64,000 nt of DNA, taken from assembly GCA_965200315.1 (NCBI GenBank), contig OZ241362.1:4928001-4992000 (forward strand), in the 5' to 3' direction. Numbering within the stretch: position 1 is the stretch's first letter; each line of letters starts with the position of its first letter. This document shows positions 1 to 9,709 of the stretch, one piece after another. The notes under the pieces were generated by a model. It saw only the letters and a list, made by a program, of their open reading frames with translations, was not told where the DNA came from and ran no database searches. The translations under genes were made by a program, and so were the position numbers. Origin of the DNA: Candidatus Latescibacterota bacterium. Lineage in GTDB: Bacteria; Latescibacterota; UBA2968; UBA8231.

Positions 1-2
1 AG

Positions 3-200
3 CCGCTGCCAGAGAAGCTGTTCGATCTGCCGATGATTGAGGATTTCGCCGCCGCCGCGGAGCGCGGTGAAAAACCGGTCTGTGACGCGGAGAGCGGATA
101 CTGGGTGCAGGCGGTTGCCGACGCCGCCCGCGCCTCATCGCGTTCCGGTGCCGCTGTCGCTGTCGAACCGCTAACCGCCGTCGGTCAAGGTCGGGAATAA
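3..200 (+). CDS. 3' end of a gene entering the window, probably a Gfo/Idh/MocA oxidoreductase C-terminus
   Basis: Open frame from 3 to TAA at 198-200 reads PLPEKLFDLPMIEDFAAAAERGEKPVCDAESGYWVQAVADAARASSRSGAAV, resembling the C-terminal helices of GFO/IDH/MocA proteins. Confidence 0.55.
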   Translation, partial: PLPEKLFDLPMIEDFAAAAERGEKPVCDAESGYWVQAVADAARASSRSGAAVAVEPLTAVGQGRE

Positions 201-204
201 GGCG

Positions 205-1293
205 CTATTGTTGGTGCTCAGCGATGGCGCGGACTTCGGCGGACCAATCCCGCCAGATGTCGCCGTTGGTGTTGTCCACTACGAGTGGGTCGGGGAGGGA
301 TGCCGGCGTTTTGAGGAAACCGTAGATGGTTGCTTGGCGGATGACGTCGGTAGATAAATTCTGCCCGGCCATGTGCAAAATTTTGGTGTGCCACAAGACC
401 ACTGTGCCAGCGGGTCCGTGGCAATCGAAAGGCTCGGTATCACCCTTGATGCGTTGGATGACGGGGTCGTTGTAGCCGCCGGCTTTGCGTTTTGCCAAGT
501 GTTTGTCCGTGTGCTTTTCACCGGCGAGGAAGGCCTCCCACTGCTCGCGCCAGATCCGGCTGTGGCTGCCCGGCCACACGGTGAAGCCCCCGGAGTTGGG
601 CGGCAGGTCGTCGATGTAAGCCGACATTTGCAGTCGCCAGCGGCCGTAGCAGGCACCGTCGGAGTGGGCACTGCGATATTCCGGCCCGGGAGACGGGCTG
701 TTGGGCAGGGTGCAATACAAGCCGCGCGTCCCTTGGCCGTTGAGCCACACCGGCCCGGTTTTGGGCAGGCGCAGTGCTTCCTCGGTGGTGAAGGACCCTT
801 TCTCTGGCCATCTCTCGATCTCTTTGCCCAAATGGGTGGCTAGCCCTCCCATCGCGTCGTCGCACAGGAAGCACGGCCCCGTCGTGATGCCCGCGTCATC
901 CTCGCCAGCGGGCCACACCACCGTACCCTCACCAAGCAATTGCTCGGCGACTTGCCACAAGGCCCGGGGGGCCAAGTCGAGCATGAACTGTTCAGCGCCG
1001 TTGCGGACGTAGAAGCGGTGGCCGCTGCCGGCGAAATAGGGATCGCCGCCGATTGCGGGCCGCTGCGCGTTGAGCGCGGCGCTTTCTTCCTCGGTGAGCG
1101 GCCCCCAAGTGGCGGGGTCGTCTCGCTTCAGGCGAGGCAGATGGGTGGCAATCGCGGCCCACATGGCGTCTCTGGCCTGGCGGCAGAGTGCGGGGTCGAG
1201 CACGGCGGGGAGCACGAGGAATCCGTCGCGCTTGAACTGGGCTATCTGGCTCGCTGTCAGGAGCGGGATGGGGGTGGTTGGTGTTGGTTGCAT
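205..1293 (-). CDS. Phytanoyl-CoA dioxygenase (PhyH) family Fe(II)/2OG oxygenase
   Basis: N-terminal LTASQIAQFKRDGFLVL, HSD motif, GGFTVWPGSH, distal HTKILH; start moved to ATG 1293. Confidence 0.85.
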   Translation of the reverse strand: MQPTPTTPIPLLTASQIAQFKRDGFLVLPAVLDPALCRQARDAMWAAIATHLPRLKRDDPATWGPLTEEESAALNAQRPAIGGDPYFAGSGHRFYVRNGAEQFMLDLAPRALWQVAEQLLGEGTVVWPAGEDDAGITTGPCFLCDDAMGGLATHLGKEIERWPEKGSFTTEEALRLPKTGPVWLNGQGTRGLYCTLPNSPSPGPEYRSAHSDGACYGRWRLQMSAYIDDLPPNSGGFTVWPGSHSRIWREQWEAFLAGEKHTDKHLAKRKAGGYNDPVIQRIKGDTEPFDCHGPAGTVVLWHTKILHMAGQNLSTDVIRQATIYGFLKTPASLPDPLVVDNTNGDIWRDWSAEVRAIAEHQQ

Positions 1294-1410
1294 TGTTCTG
1301 ACCGTCGGTTGGGGTGAGGTGTAGGCGTTACAAAGGGCCTTTTGGGGTTTGGTCGAGCGGCGTCTATAGTTGATGGTGAGGCGGCGCACACGTCCAACCC
1401 TACCATTGGA

Positions 1411-2030
1411 TCACGGAGTCTGCACCTGAGCAAATCTGGTTCGGACATACTCTTTAGCATCATCGGGTGATAGCTTCACGGTTCTCGGACCGCTGCGCAC
1501 AAAGAAGTCGCCTTCCGCTGCCGTCTCGACTCCCTTCCAAGTGAGGAAGACAGGTTCTGGGCTCCGCTGGCAGCTCACCACGCAGACACTCTTGCCATCG
1601 ACGATTTGTATCTTGGGGTCGATGCACGTCCCGGCGCGGTTGCCAAGTCCGCTGCGCACGGCCTGCGCGAGATGGAGCATGAATTTGTCATCGTTGTCGA
1701 GCCGATCGCGTTCGATACCAACGACGGTACCGTTGTCAGCCACGCCGAGCAGAAGATCCCCGCCCTCCGTGTTCAAGAACGCCGCGATGGTCTTGAGCGA
1801 AGCATGAGTGATGCGCCTACCGTCCTTGCGGTCCTCCTTGAGGTTCCAGCGTAGCGTTGACTTGAACTCTAGGGTTTTCGACTCGCCTTGTTTGATGAGT
1901 TCCTCGGCGTTGCGTTGGCTGCGGAGATATTGGTCAAAGAGGAGGTTCTTGAATTCCGCTCCGAAGGCGCGATCGTCGGTGATGCGCTTGTACAGATCAA
2001 AGTTGGAATCGACGATCTCTTGGATCACTC
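1411..2030 (-). pseudogene. 3' remnant of a gene ending in a Schlafen/AlbA_2 domain, probably a type I restriction R subunit fusion
   Basis: ESKTLEFKSTLRW...LKTIAAFLNTEGGDLLLGVADNG is AlbA_2; upstream IQEIVDSNFDLYKRITDDRAFG resembles HsdR C-termini; no own start, joined to the Fic remnant. Confidence 0.65.
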
Positions 2031-2622
2031 CGATTCCAGCCGGTCGAGGGCGCGCCGAGCCGTGGTATAGGCGACTGCTAGCCTTGGCGCAATTTCGCGT
2101 GCGGTCCAAAAGGGGTTTTCGACAAAAAGCTCCAATACCTTCTCCGATTGCCCCGACTGCATCCCGGCGAGTTGCGCCGACCCATGCTGAAACAATTCGT
2201 CGATGCGTTGGCTGCGGCCAATAGCGTCCTCGGCCTGGAGTGCCACCCCACGCAGGAAGTATGTCAGCCACTCCTCCGAACTCTAACGCGACGACGTAGT
2301 TGGAGACCTCGCGCAAATCAGCGGAGCTTTGCTCGACCTTGGCCCCGGCCTGTGCGGCAAGCAGTTCGCCTAGGGTTGTCTGTGTGCCTTCAATGCGGCT
2401 GGAGAGCACGGCTTCCCAGCGCAGGAATAGCCTGATGAAAAGGTGCGGATTTGGCAGCCGCCGACCTTCGCCCGCGAGCCGGCCTATTGCTTGGTCGGCG
2501 CGGGAGAGCGCGGCGATTAGGGCTTCGTCCCAAGCAATTGGTGGCGGTAGGGGTGCCGGGACGTAGGCTCGATGGCCGCTCGGACATTGGGGTCGGCGTG
2601 TCCCATTAATGCTAGGAGGCAC
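2025..2622 (-). pseudogene. Fic-family protein with internal deletion and frameshift
   Basis: Fic N-terminus (YVPAPLPP, EAVLSSRIEGTQTTL, EVSNYVVALE) joined near 2276 out of frame to EEWLTYFLRGV and a C-terminal HTH; catalytic HPFxDGNGR absent. Confidence 0.8.
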
Positions 2623-2630
2623 AATGTTCC

Positions 2631-2703
2631 CTTATTTTCGGGTATGAAAATAAGAATGGCTCTTATTATCGTTGATGCTGTAATACGATAATAAGAGCCA
2701 TTC
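2631..2703. promoter_or_regulatory. Paired inverted repeats upstream of the Fic gene (putative operator)
   Basis: cttattttc-N6-gaaaataag (2631-2654) and perfect 19-bp IR gaatggctcttattatcgt-N12-acgataataagagccattc (2654-2703). Confidence 0.6.
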
Positions 2704-2749
2704 GACTATGAAATCGCAAGCACTCACGTCCGCTCTCGGTTATCAGCGC

Positions 2750-3763
2750 TCAAACGCCACCAGCGTCGGTAAGCAGATCGACGACCGCCGAGAGCCGATC
2801 CCGGTCTTTGACCTTGGAGCGCAACGCAGTCGCCAGCGGCGTTGCGCCCTTGTCGTCCTTGGCGTTTACCGCGGCCCCGCGGTTGAGCAGCAAGGCGACG
2901 ATTGGCCCGAACCCTGCTTTGGCGGCGCAGTGCAAGGCCGTCTGGCCCTTGTGGTTTTTGACGTTGACGTCGGCCCCGGCGTCGAGCAGGTCGCGCACGC
3001 GCTGGACATTGCCGCCGCGGTCGCCGCGCGACTGGAAGACAAGAGGCGGCCAGCCGCCCTCGGCGTGGTCCACATCCACGGCGACGCCGCGAGCGGTCAA
3101 CAACTCGATGATCTCGGCATTGACGATGCCGGCACGAGGGGCCTCGGCGTGGGTCGGATCGGCCCCGGCGTCGAGCAGGGCCTTGAGGATGTCGGCGCGA
3201 TCGCGCCACACGGCAAAGCGAATCAGTGCGCCACTGTACGGCCGCGGATCAGCACCCCGCGCCAACAGCAGCGCGACGATGGCGAGGTGCCCGGCGCTGA
3301 CTGCGTAGTGCAAGGCCGTCATGCGCTGGCTGGAATCGTGCTGGGCTTTCTCGGCTGTTGCCAGCTCTGGTTCGCGGTCGAGGTAACAGGCGACGGCGTC
3401 GCTTTCGCCGAGAAAGGCAGCGGTGTAAATATCAGTCGCGGCACCGCGGGTTAGCAGCCGGTCGGCGACCGCGTGGTGCCGCTTGTAACGGGCGGCGCAG
3501 TAGGGGGAGATTTCGACCAGCAGCGGCGTGAAGTGACAGCCGCAGGCGTGGATGTCAGCGCCGCGATCGAGCAGGTAATCGACCATGGCGAGCCGTCCCC
3601 GGTAGGCCGCTTCCCACAACATGGTGCGGCCGTGCGAACCGACGCGGCCAATCCACGCTGGTTGCTGCGCCAATACCGCTTGGACCGTTTGCAGGTCGCC
3701 GCGCCCGGCCGCCGCGACCGCGACCTTGAGGAAATCACTAATTTTTCCCGGCAGCATCGACAT
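2750..3763 (-). CDS. Ankyrin-repeat protein
   Basis: Several ankyrin motifs: GRTMLWEAAYRG, TALHYAVSAGH, GQTALHCAAKAG, GATPLATA. Confidence 0.9.
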   Translation of the reverse strand: MSMLPGKISDFLKVAVAAAGRGDLQTVQAVLAQQPAWIGRVGSHGRTMLWEAAYRGRLAMVDYLLDRGADIHACGCHFTPLLVEISPYCAARYKRHHAVADRLLTRGAATDIYTAAFLGESDAVACYLDREPELATAEKAQHDSSQRMTALHYAVSAGHLAIVALLLARGADPRPYSGALIRFAVWRDRADILKALLDAGADPTHAEAPRAGIVNAEIIELLTARGVAVDVDHAEGGWPPLVFQSRGDRGGNVQRVRDLLDAGADVNVKNHKGQTALHCAAKAGFGPIVALLLNRGAAVNAKDDKGATPLATALRSKVKDRDRLSAVVDLLTDAGGV

Positions 3764-3775
3764 CGTCGCCTGACC

Positions 3776-5146
3776 TTATGGGCTATAGTAGTTCCAAGTC
3801 ATCTTGCTGCGGCGGTAGTGGCCTTGCGACCACAGGCGCGGACGATCTGCACTTAGATTCTCGGCCTCGTTGAAGTAGATGCGGAGTTGGTTGCCGTGCA
3901 AGACGATCAGCTCTTCGCGCCAATCTCCGGCCACATCGGCGACATAGAGCCGGTCGGCTTTTTCCGCGAAGCGGTGAAGAAACCGTCCATCAAGCGGATC
4001 GAAGATGCCAATATCGCCGGCGGTATGGCGCTCTTTGGCTGCGGCAAGCTGTTTGCGCTCGCCCGTCCAATCGATCTTGTGGATGACCTCAACGCCTCTT
4101 GCGGTCCAGCCTTCGGGTGCTACATCGTCCATTTGGTACTCCGCGATTTGCTCGCCTTGTGAGTCAAAAATGAAAGGTTGCTGGTGCTCGTTATAGCGGC
4201 TCCGACACCATATCTCCAGGCCCGGCCGCTCGAGATCGAACTCGCCGACCGCCGCATTCTGGGGTTCTTGATGGCGAAAGTGCGTTGCCCAGAAGAGTTG
4301 TTCGTGGTTGTAGAGGAAAACGCGATTGCCGCCCCCTTCCTCCAAGGCGACGATTTCCAAGCCCGGTACATTGGGTAACACTTCGTAGATGAAGATCGAG
4401 TCGATGTGCCCGCGCAGGGGAATTTGCAGTAGAATGTCGCCACCGGCAGAGACGACCGTAGCACCGATTACCTCGTCTTGCCCATCTCCATTCAGATCGG
4501 CCAGCCGCGCGCCGTTGTGGGCGCAGGAGACGAAATCATCGCGTTCCCACAGAGGGACAAAATGGCCGCGCCGGAGGTCGTCTAGCGCGTAAGCTGCTAG
4601 AAAGCGACCTATGCGGTAGGCTTCGTCATGGGTGGCTTGGAGGAGTAGATCGCGATCGCCCGCGCCGCGGAAATTGGCGACGACCAAATGCTCCCAGCGT
4701 TGGACGCCTTGGGGGATGGGCGGCTTGACGGTCCACTGCCCGCGCCCTGTGGTGCCATCGACTACGTGGAGGGTGCCATCGCGAGTAAGGAACAGCACTT
4801 CGGTTTGTTTATCGCCGTCAATGTCTGCGGCCTGAACACCTGGACCGTGATGGCCGGGTAGGCCGACGCGCTCTGAGGAGCCGCCTACACAGAGGTCGGT
4901 TTCGAGGACCCAGAGCTTGCGGCCATCGTGGGCATGAGCCGTGATATAATTGGGAACGGTGACCAAGTAATCCATGCGCCCATCCCCATTCAGATCGGCG
5001 ACAATGAGGCCGCCGGCCGAATCCGTAGGGCCGGGGATGTCTAAGTGGATGACGAATGGGTTTACGGGGTATGCAGGCCACGGCGACCGGATGTTCCCGG
5101 TGGTGGAACAACTGGCTAGGATTAACAGCGGCAGGAGGAGTTGCAA
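3776..5146 (-). CDS. Lipoprotein with FG-GAP/VCBS-like repeats (beta-propeller, rhamnogalacturonan lyase YesW-like fold)
   Basis: Lipobox LASC; repeats ADLNGDG, ADIDGD, ADLNGDGQDE, ADVAGDWREE. Confidence 0.7.
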   Translation of the reverse strand: MQLLLPLLILASCSTTGNIRSPWPAYPVNPFVIHLDIPGPTDSAGGLIVADLNGDGRMDYLVTVPNYITAHAHDGRKLWVLETDLCVGGSSERVGLPGHHGPGVQAADIDGDKQTEVLFLTRDGTLHVVDGTTGRGQWTVKPPIPQGVQRWEHLVVANFRGAGDRDLLLQATHDEAYRIGRFLAAYALDDLRRGHFVPLWERDDFVSCAHNGARLADLNGDGQDEVIGATVVSAGGDILLQIPLRGHIDSIFIYEVLPNVPGLEIVALEEGGGNRVFLYNHEQLFWATHFRHQEPQNAAVGEFDLERPGLEIWCRSRYNEHQQPFIFDSQGEQIAEYQMDDVAPEGWTARGVEVIHKIDWTGERKQLAAAKERHTAGDIGIFDPLDGRFLHRFAEKADRLYVADVAGDWREELIVLHGNQLRIYFNEAENLSADRPRLWSQGHYRRSKMTWNYYSP

Positions 5147-5149
5147 TGC

Positions 5150-6082
5150 TTAGACCCCGTTTGAGCGGGCGCAGGCCACGGCGACAATGGCAGCGGGTGC
5201 GCGCCAAAACGCAGACCAACTCTCGCCCCTATCCTCGCTGCGATAGAGCTGATCCTCGACAGCAGCCCAAGCAACTCCCGCCGAGTCAAAGGCGAGTTGG
5301 AAGGTGTCGATGTTGCCCCTGACTTCGGGGAAGCCAGCGAGTGCCCGGGCCCAAGTGCGGCCAGCGTCGTGCGAAAAGTAGAGCTTGCCTTGCACATCGC
5401 CGCCATGACCGGGCCCTTTGCTGACGCTGGCCAACAGGCAGTCGGGATCGTGCGGGTGGACGGCCACGGCGCGGCCATAGCGGTTTGCCAATCCCTCCGG
5501 CCGATGCTCCCAAGAGAGGCCGTAGTCGTCGCTGACAAAGACCGCGTCCGCGGTGTTGGCGTACAAGCGTCCTGCGCGGCTAGGGGCGGTGGCCACCTGA
5601 TGCACATCGGCGTGCAAGCTCGGTGTCACCGGCTCCCAGGTAGCGCCGCGGTCGGGCGAGCGCATGATGCTGCCGACGTGGATATCGGCAAAAACCCAGT
5701 CGCCACTGCATGCCACGCTGCGCACGGCTGGCGGACCACCCCAAGGCGTGTACCAGCTCTGGCGGCATTCCAGCGCGTCAAAGGATTCTAGCCGGTGCGC
5801 TGGCTCGTGGCCGTTGAGACAATACACGTGGGGCGGCTCAGTGCCCAGCAGCACTTGCAGCGGCTCTTCGGACAGCAGGGCGATGCACTCGACTAAGTCG
5901 CCGATGCTGGTGGCCTGCGGTTGGGCTTGACCATGGGTTAAAACGACTACTTGGCCGTCGGCCAGACCAACGGCGGAACAACGGACGCCCTCGTCTAGGC
6001 AGCGAATGCCGTCCGTGGCCAAGCGCTGCGTGGGCGTGCCATTCTCTACAGTGAAGACCTGATTGCTGGTGGCTATGAGCAT
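5150..6082 (-). CDS. BNR/Asp-box repeat beta-propeller protein
   Basis: Asp boxes SPDRGATW, SDDYGLSW, SHDAGRTW, SEDRGESW; AGGAG RBS before ATG 6082. Confidence 0.8.
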   Translation of the reverse strand: MLIATSNQVFTVENGTPTQRLATDGIRCLDEGVRCSAVGLADGQVVVLTHGQAQPQATSIGDLVECIALLSEEPLQVLLGTEPPHVYCLNGHEPAHRLESFDALECRQSWYTPWGGPPAVRSVACSGDWVFADIHVGSIMRSPDRGATWEPVTPSLHADVHQVATAPSRAGRLYANTADAVFVSDDYGLSWEHRPEGLANRYGRAVAVHPHDPDCLLASVSKGPGHGGDVQGKLYFSHDAGRTWARALAGFPEVRGNIDTFQLAFDSAGVAWAAVEDQLYRSEDRGESWSAFWRAPAAIVAVACARSNGV

Positions 6083-6106
6083 GGTAGTTCTCCTGACGTT
6101 GGTCTT

Positions 6107-6166
6107 ACAAAAGCCAAACCCGCCGACGCATGGCATAGAGCGCATGGTGCCGGCGGGTTTTGTGGC
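6107..6166 (-). terminator. GC-rich hairpin followed by a U-rich tract (putative intrinsic terminator/attenuator)
   Basis: aaacccgccg (6116-6125) pairs with cggcgggttt (6151-6160); on the minus strand it is followed by tttggctttt. Confidence 0.5.
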
Positions 6167-6279
6167 AGCCTGTTAAGCCGTATGAAAGCGATAGCTGCTA
6201 ACCCTGTCAAGGCCGCATCGTGCATTTCTCGACGACTTGGGCCTTGCACAAATGCAGGCCGATAATTTGACGCACCGTT

Positions 6280-7569
6280 TCAGTGCTTGAAGTCGTATTC
6301 CATCAGCTCGGCAGTGCCCTGCCATACGATACCATTGTGTCCCAGCCGACGTGCTTCGGCGACGATGCGGTCGATTGCCTCTGGTGGCCAACCCTCTCCG
6401 TGGATAATCGGATAGGAAGGCATGTCCGCCGGCAGGTACAGTTTGGCCTTCACCAGATCCCGCAAAACCAAATTGGCCGTGGGAATCCGATAGGCCAGCG
6501 TCGCCGGTTCGTCAGCACCGTATGCGGCTATGGTCTCTGGCAACCCCATGCCGTCGTACCCCGTAAAGCGATAGACAAGCTGTAGCGCATCCTCTTCCTG
6601 CAGGTTGGGAATTTCTTCCTGTAGAAAGCGGGCCCACTCGATGAACGTGTTGCAGACAAAGGCGGAAATGTGGGACACTAGCGGGCTAGCAAAATCGGCC
6701 ATCTCACCCCAGCGCCGATAATCGTGGCCCGCCATCAGGGCCATGGAGGCCGGGTAGGTGTCGGTGCCAAAAGACTTGTTAGGGGCCGCCGCGTGTACCG
6801 CTGCCCGAAAACGCGCCAGATTGCGCACGATCAGGTCGCAGCGGAAGCGGACCCAGTCGAGTACCCCCGACCGCAGACCGAGCGCGTGGACCACATCGAA
6901 GAAACCAATCCCGAGACGGACTACCTCGCCGAGGCGAGCACCGTCGAGCTGGCGCAGGCCCTCCCGGGCATGCTGCAAGTCCTCGACCATCGCTTCCATG
7001 TCGTAACCCAGCTCTTGGGCGGCGGCGGTGCAAGAAGAGCAGGTGCAGCCAAAAAGCCCCAGGGGAAAACTGCCCATCGGATAGCGGAAGTGGGTGATGT
7101 CGAGCGCGTCGAGATCGTACTGAGTCGCCCAATACACGCACACGGCCTCGATCCAGTCTTGCACATCCTGCCGCGATGGACAGAACATGAGACGGCGGAT
7201 CGTCCAAGCTCCTCCGTACGTCCACACGTTCAGTCCGGCCTCCTTGAGCTGTCCCACAGCCTTTCTGAATGTTTTGTCGTCGCCTTGGGCCGCAACGCCG
7301 GGACCGCACAGGGCTTGGGCCTGCTGGTATTCCCGCGGGTCTATGGGCCGACCATCGAAATGCCGTATAACGAGCTGGCCCAGTTCCGCTTCTGTCGGCG
7401 TGCGACCTCCATAGGGACTGAGGGCGAGCACCTCTTCCGATAGCTGGCCCGTAAAGGAGAGAACCACTGTATTCAGGCCGATCTCATCGCGCAGTCGCTC
7501 GACATAATCGGGGTATTTGAGGACCTCATTCGTGGTCAGATAAATTCCCGTGAGCCAAGTATTGGTCAT
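6280..7569 (-). CDS. Conserved hypothetical protein, possible TIM-barrel glycoside-hydrolase-like fold with a Cys cluster
   Basis: Long ORF with AAGGA RBS; MFCPS, GCTCSSC motifs as in GHL10/GH42-like barrels. Confidence 0.55.
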   Translation of the reverse strand: MTNTWLTGIYLTTNEVLKYPDYVERLRDEIGLNTVVLSFTGQLSEEVLALSPYGGRTPTEAELGQLVIRHFDGRPIDPREYQQAQALCGPGVAAQGDDKTFRKAVGQLKEAGLNVWTYGGAWTIRRLMFCPSRQDVQDWIEAVCVYWATQYDLDALDITHFRYPMGSFPLGLFGCTCSSCTAAAQELGYDMEAMVEDLQHAREGLRQLDGARLGEVVRLGIGFFDVVHALGLRSGVLDWVRFRCDLIVRNLARFRAAVHAAAPNKSFGTDTYPASMALMAGHDYRRWGEMADFASPLVSHISAFVCNTFIEWARFLQEEIPNLQEEDALQLVYRFTGYDGMGLPETIAAYGADEPATLAYRIPTANLVLRDLVKAKLYLPADMPSYPIIHGEGWPPEAIDRIVAEARRLGHNGIVWQGTAELMEYDFKH

Positions 7570-7798
7570 TTGTTTCCTTTCTCTGGGGAGTCGTAGCGAA
7601 TCCACATCCGTCGTTGAACTCGAAATAATTGATTTTTATAGCTGACTATATATGCGGTTACAGAAAACAGCACAAGGGAGATATTCGACGGCCTGCGCTA
7701 GATCGCGTCCCGCCAGCATTTTGACGCTGATACAAGGCTTGGTATCTTCCTTGCCAAACTACGCCTTTTCCCAATCATCCCCTAACCGGAGCCTCGCC

Positions 7799-9163
7799 AT
7801 GACCGCGCCCATTGCCTTGGGAGCCCGCCGCGAATTATTCGTCGATCACTTCCTCGTTGAACATCTCGATGGGGCCGCTCTACACCTGCATCCGCCCATC
7901 CGCCGCGAAGTGGTCTATCAAGTCTCTCAGCCTTGGGACAACGCCTGCACGGGCTGCTACAATCTCATTCAGGACGGGGGCCGCGTCCTCCTATACTATC
8001 GGGGCTTCTATCCGATTGGCGCGGACTATGCCGACGGCGCCGCCAGCCAGACCACCAATTTGGCCGTCAGCACCGACGGCCTCCACTTCGAGCAGCCCGA
8101 ACTAGGCTTGGTCGAATTCAACGGCACGCGCAAAAACAACGTCCTCATCCAAGGCCACGAAAGCCACAATTTCTGCGTTTTTCTCGACGCCAACCCGGCG
8201 GCCGATCCGGCGCAGCGCTTCAAAGCCGTGGGCGGCACGGGCCAGTCCAACTTGCACGGTTTTGCCTCGCCCGACGGCCTCCACTGGACTCCGGTCAAAG
8301 AAGGCCCCTTGGACGTCACCGGTGCTTTTGACTCGCTCAACGTCGCCCTGTGGGACGCCCACATTGAGCGCTATCGGCTCTTTAGCCGCTACTTCGACAC
8401 CACCGGCGCTCGGGTGCGGGCCATTCAAAGCTGCACTTCTGAAGACTTCATCCACTGGACGCGGCCGCAACCCCACCAGTACGCCGCCAACGTGCCGCTG
8501 GAACACTTCTATACTAATGCGACCACGCCTTGTCCTAATGCCGAGCACATTCTGCTGTCGTTTCCCATGCGCTTTTTGCCCGAGCGCCAGCTCGACATCG
8601 CGGCGATGGATTACCCTGGGTCGGGCCTGTCCGACGCGGTGTTTATGAGTAGCCGCGACGGCGTCCACTGGGACCGCCCCTTCATGGAAGCCTGGGTGCG
8701 CCCCGGCACGGATCGGCGCAACTGGTCCCACCGCAGTTGTACGCCCGCCCCCGGCTTGGTGCAAACAGCCCCCGACGAATGGTCCATGTACATCTCGGAA
8801 AACTACGGCTGGTCAACTAACCGCCTGCGCCGCTTGGTCGTGAGGCCGCACGGTTTTGCCTCGGTGCGGGCCGGGTATAGAGGAGGTGAATTGCTCACCC
8901 GTCCCTTGCTGTTGGAAGGGGCCGCCTTGCGCCTCAACTACGCGACCTCGGCGGCGGGGTCGTTGCGGGTGGAACTCCAAGACGAGTCGGGCCAGCCCCT
9001 GCCTCGGTATGCCTTGGAGGAAATGGACCCGATCTACGGAGACCAACTCGACTCGCCGGTAGCTTGGAAAACAGGCGGCGACTTGTCCGCTCTCAAGGGC
9101 CGTCCAGTGCGCTTGCGGGTGGTGTTACAGGACGCTGATTTGTTTGCCGTGCGGGCCGCGTGA
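7799..9163 (+). CDS. Five-bladed beta-propeller glycosidase-like protein (GH32/43/130-like clan)
   Basis: RRELFVD N-terminus; repeated S.DGLHF/W, SEDFIHW, SRDGVHW; C-terminal LRLNYATSAAGSLRVE module. Confidence 0.65.
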   Translation: MTAPIALGARRELFVDHFLVEHLDGAALHLHPPIRREVVYQVSQPWDNACTGCYNLIQDGGRVLLYYRGFYPIGADYADGAASQTTNLAVSTDGLHFEQPELGLVEFNGTRKNNVLIQGHESHNFCVFLDANPAADPAQRFKAVGGTGQSNLHGFASPDGLHWTPVKEGPLDVTGAFDSLNVALWDAHIERYRLFSRYFDTTGARVRAIQSCTSEDFIHWTRPQPHQYAANVPLEHFYTNATTPCPNAEHILLSFPMRFLPERQLDIAAMDYPGSGLSDAVFMSSRDGVHWDRPFMEAWVRPGTDRRNWSHRSCTPAPGLVQTAPDEWSMYISENYGWSTNRLRRLVVRPHGFASVRAGYRGGELLTRPLLLEGAALRLNYATSAAGSLRVELQDESGQPLPRYALEEMDPIYGDQLDSPVAWKTGGDLSALKGRPVRLRVVLQDADLFAVRAA

Positions 9164-9414
9164 ACGCTACGAATTATTACCTCTCAGCCTTGCGTCGTTG
9201 ATAGAACCTTTTCCACTTTCTTCGATGTTGACGGATTTTTTTAACCAAACGTCAAACATCACGACGGCCGTTCCACCCTCATTATGAATCACGTCTGCTA
9301 CCTGCCAGCGCTTGGTATTGGAATTTAGGATCCGATCCGTTGCTTTTTGCACCTCGTCGACGTTGCACGGCCGCGTCCAGCGATAGACCCAAGTGCTTGG
9401 AAAATACCTTGATC

Positions 9415-9597
9415 ATCTAACCATCCGGCCTTTTTTGCAATGGAGTGGGTGATACCCGGCGACAGCGTGTTGTATCTTGGCAAGGTGATGCTGCCCTTGA
9501 TGAGAGGATGTCGGTAAATGTCATGCCTGCCCCCGTGGCGTGCCATATCCAACCTTCTCTTTCTACTTTCTTTTAATCAGGTTGTCCTAGTTTTCAT
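9415..9597 (-). pseudogene. hicA: HicA-family toxin pseudogene
   Basis: Frameshifted pieces MKTR..NLIK..EREGW, then ARHGGRHDIYRHP..GSITLPR..LSPGITHSIAKKAGW, in an AT-richer patch. Confidence 0.7.
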
Positions 9598-9709
9598 ATT
9601 TGCGGCCCGATATATGCACTTTCTCGGTTAAGCATGATTCGCTCATAGGCATCTAGGTTGTAGATTGTAGATTATTGCCGCATGCTACCATCCATCAGGA
9701 GAACGTCTT

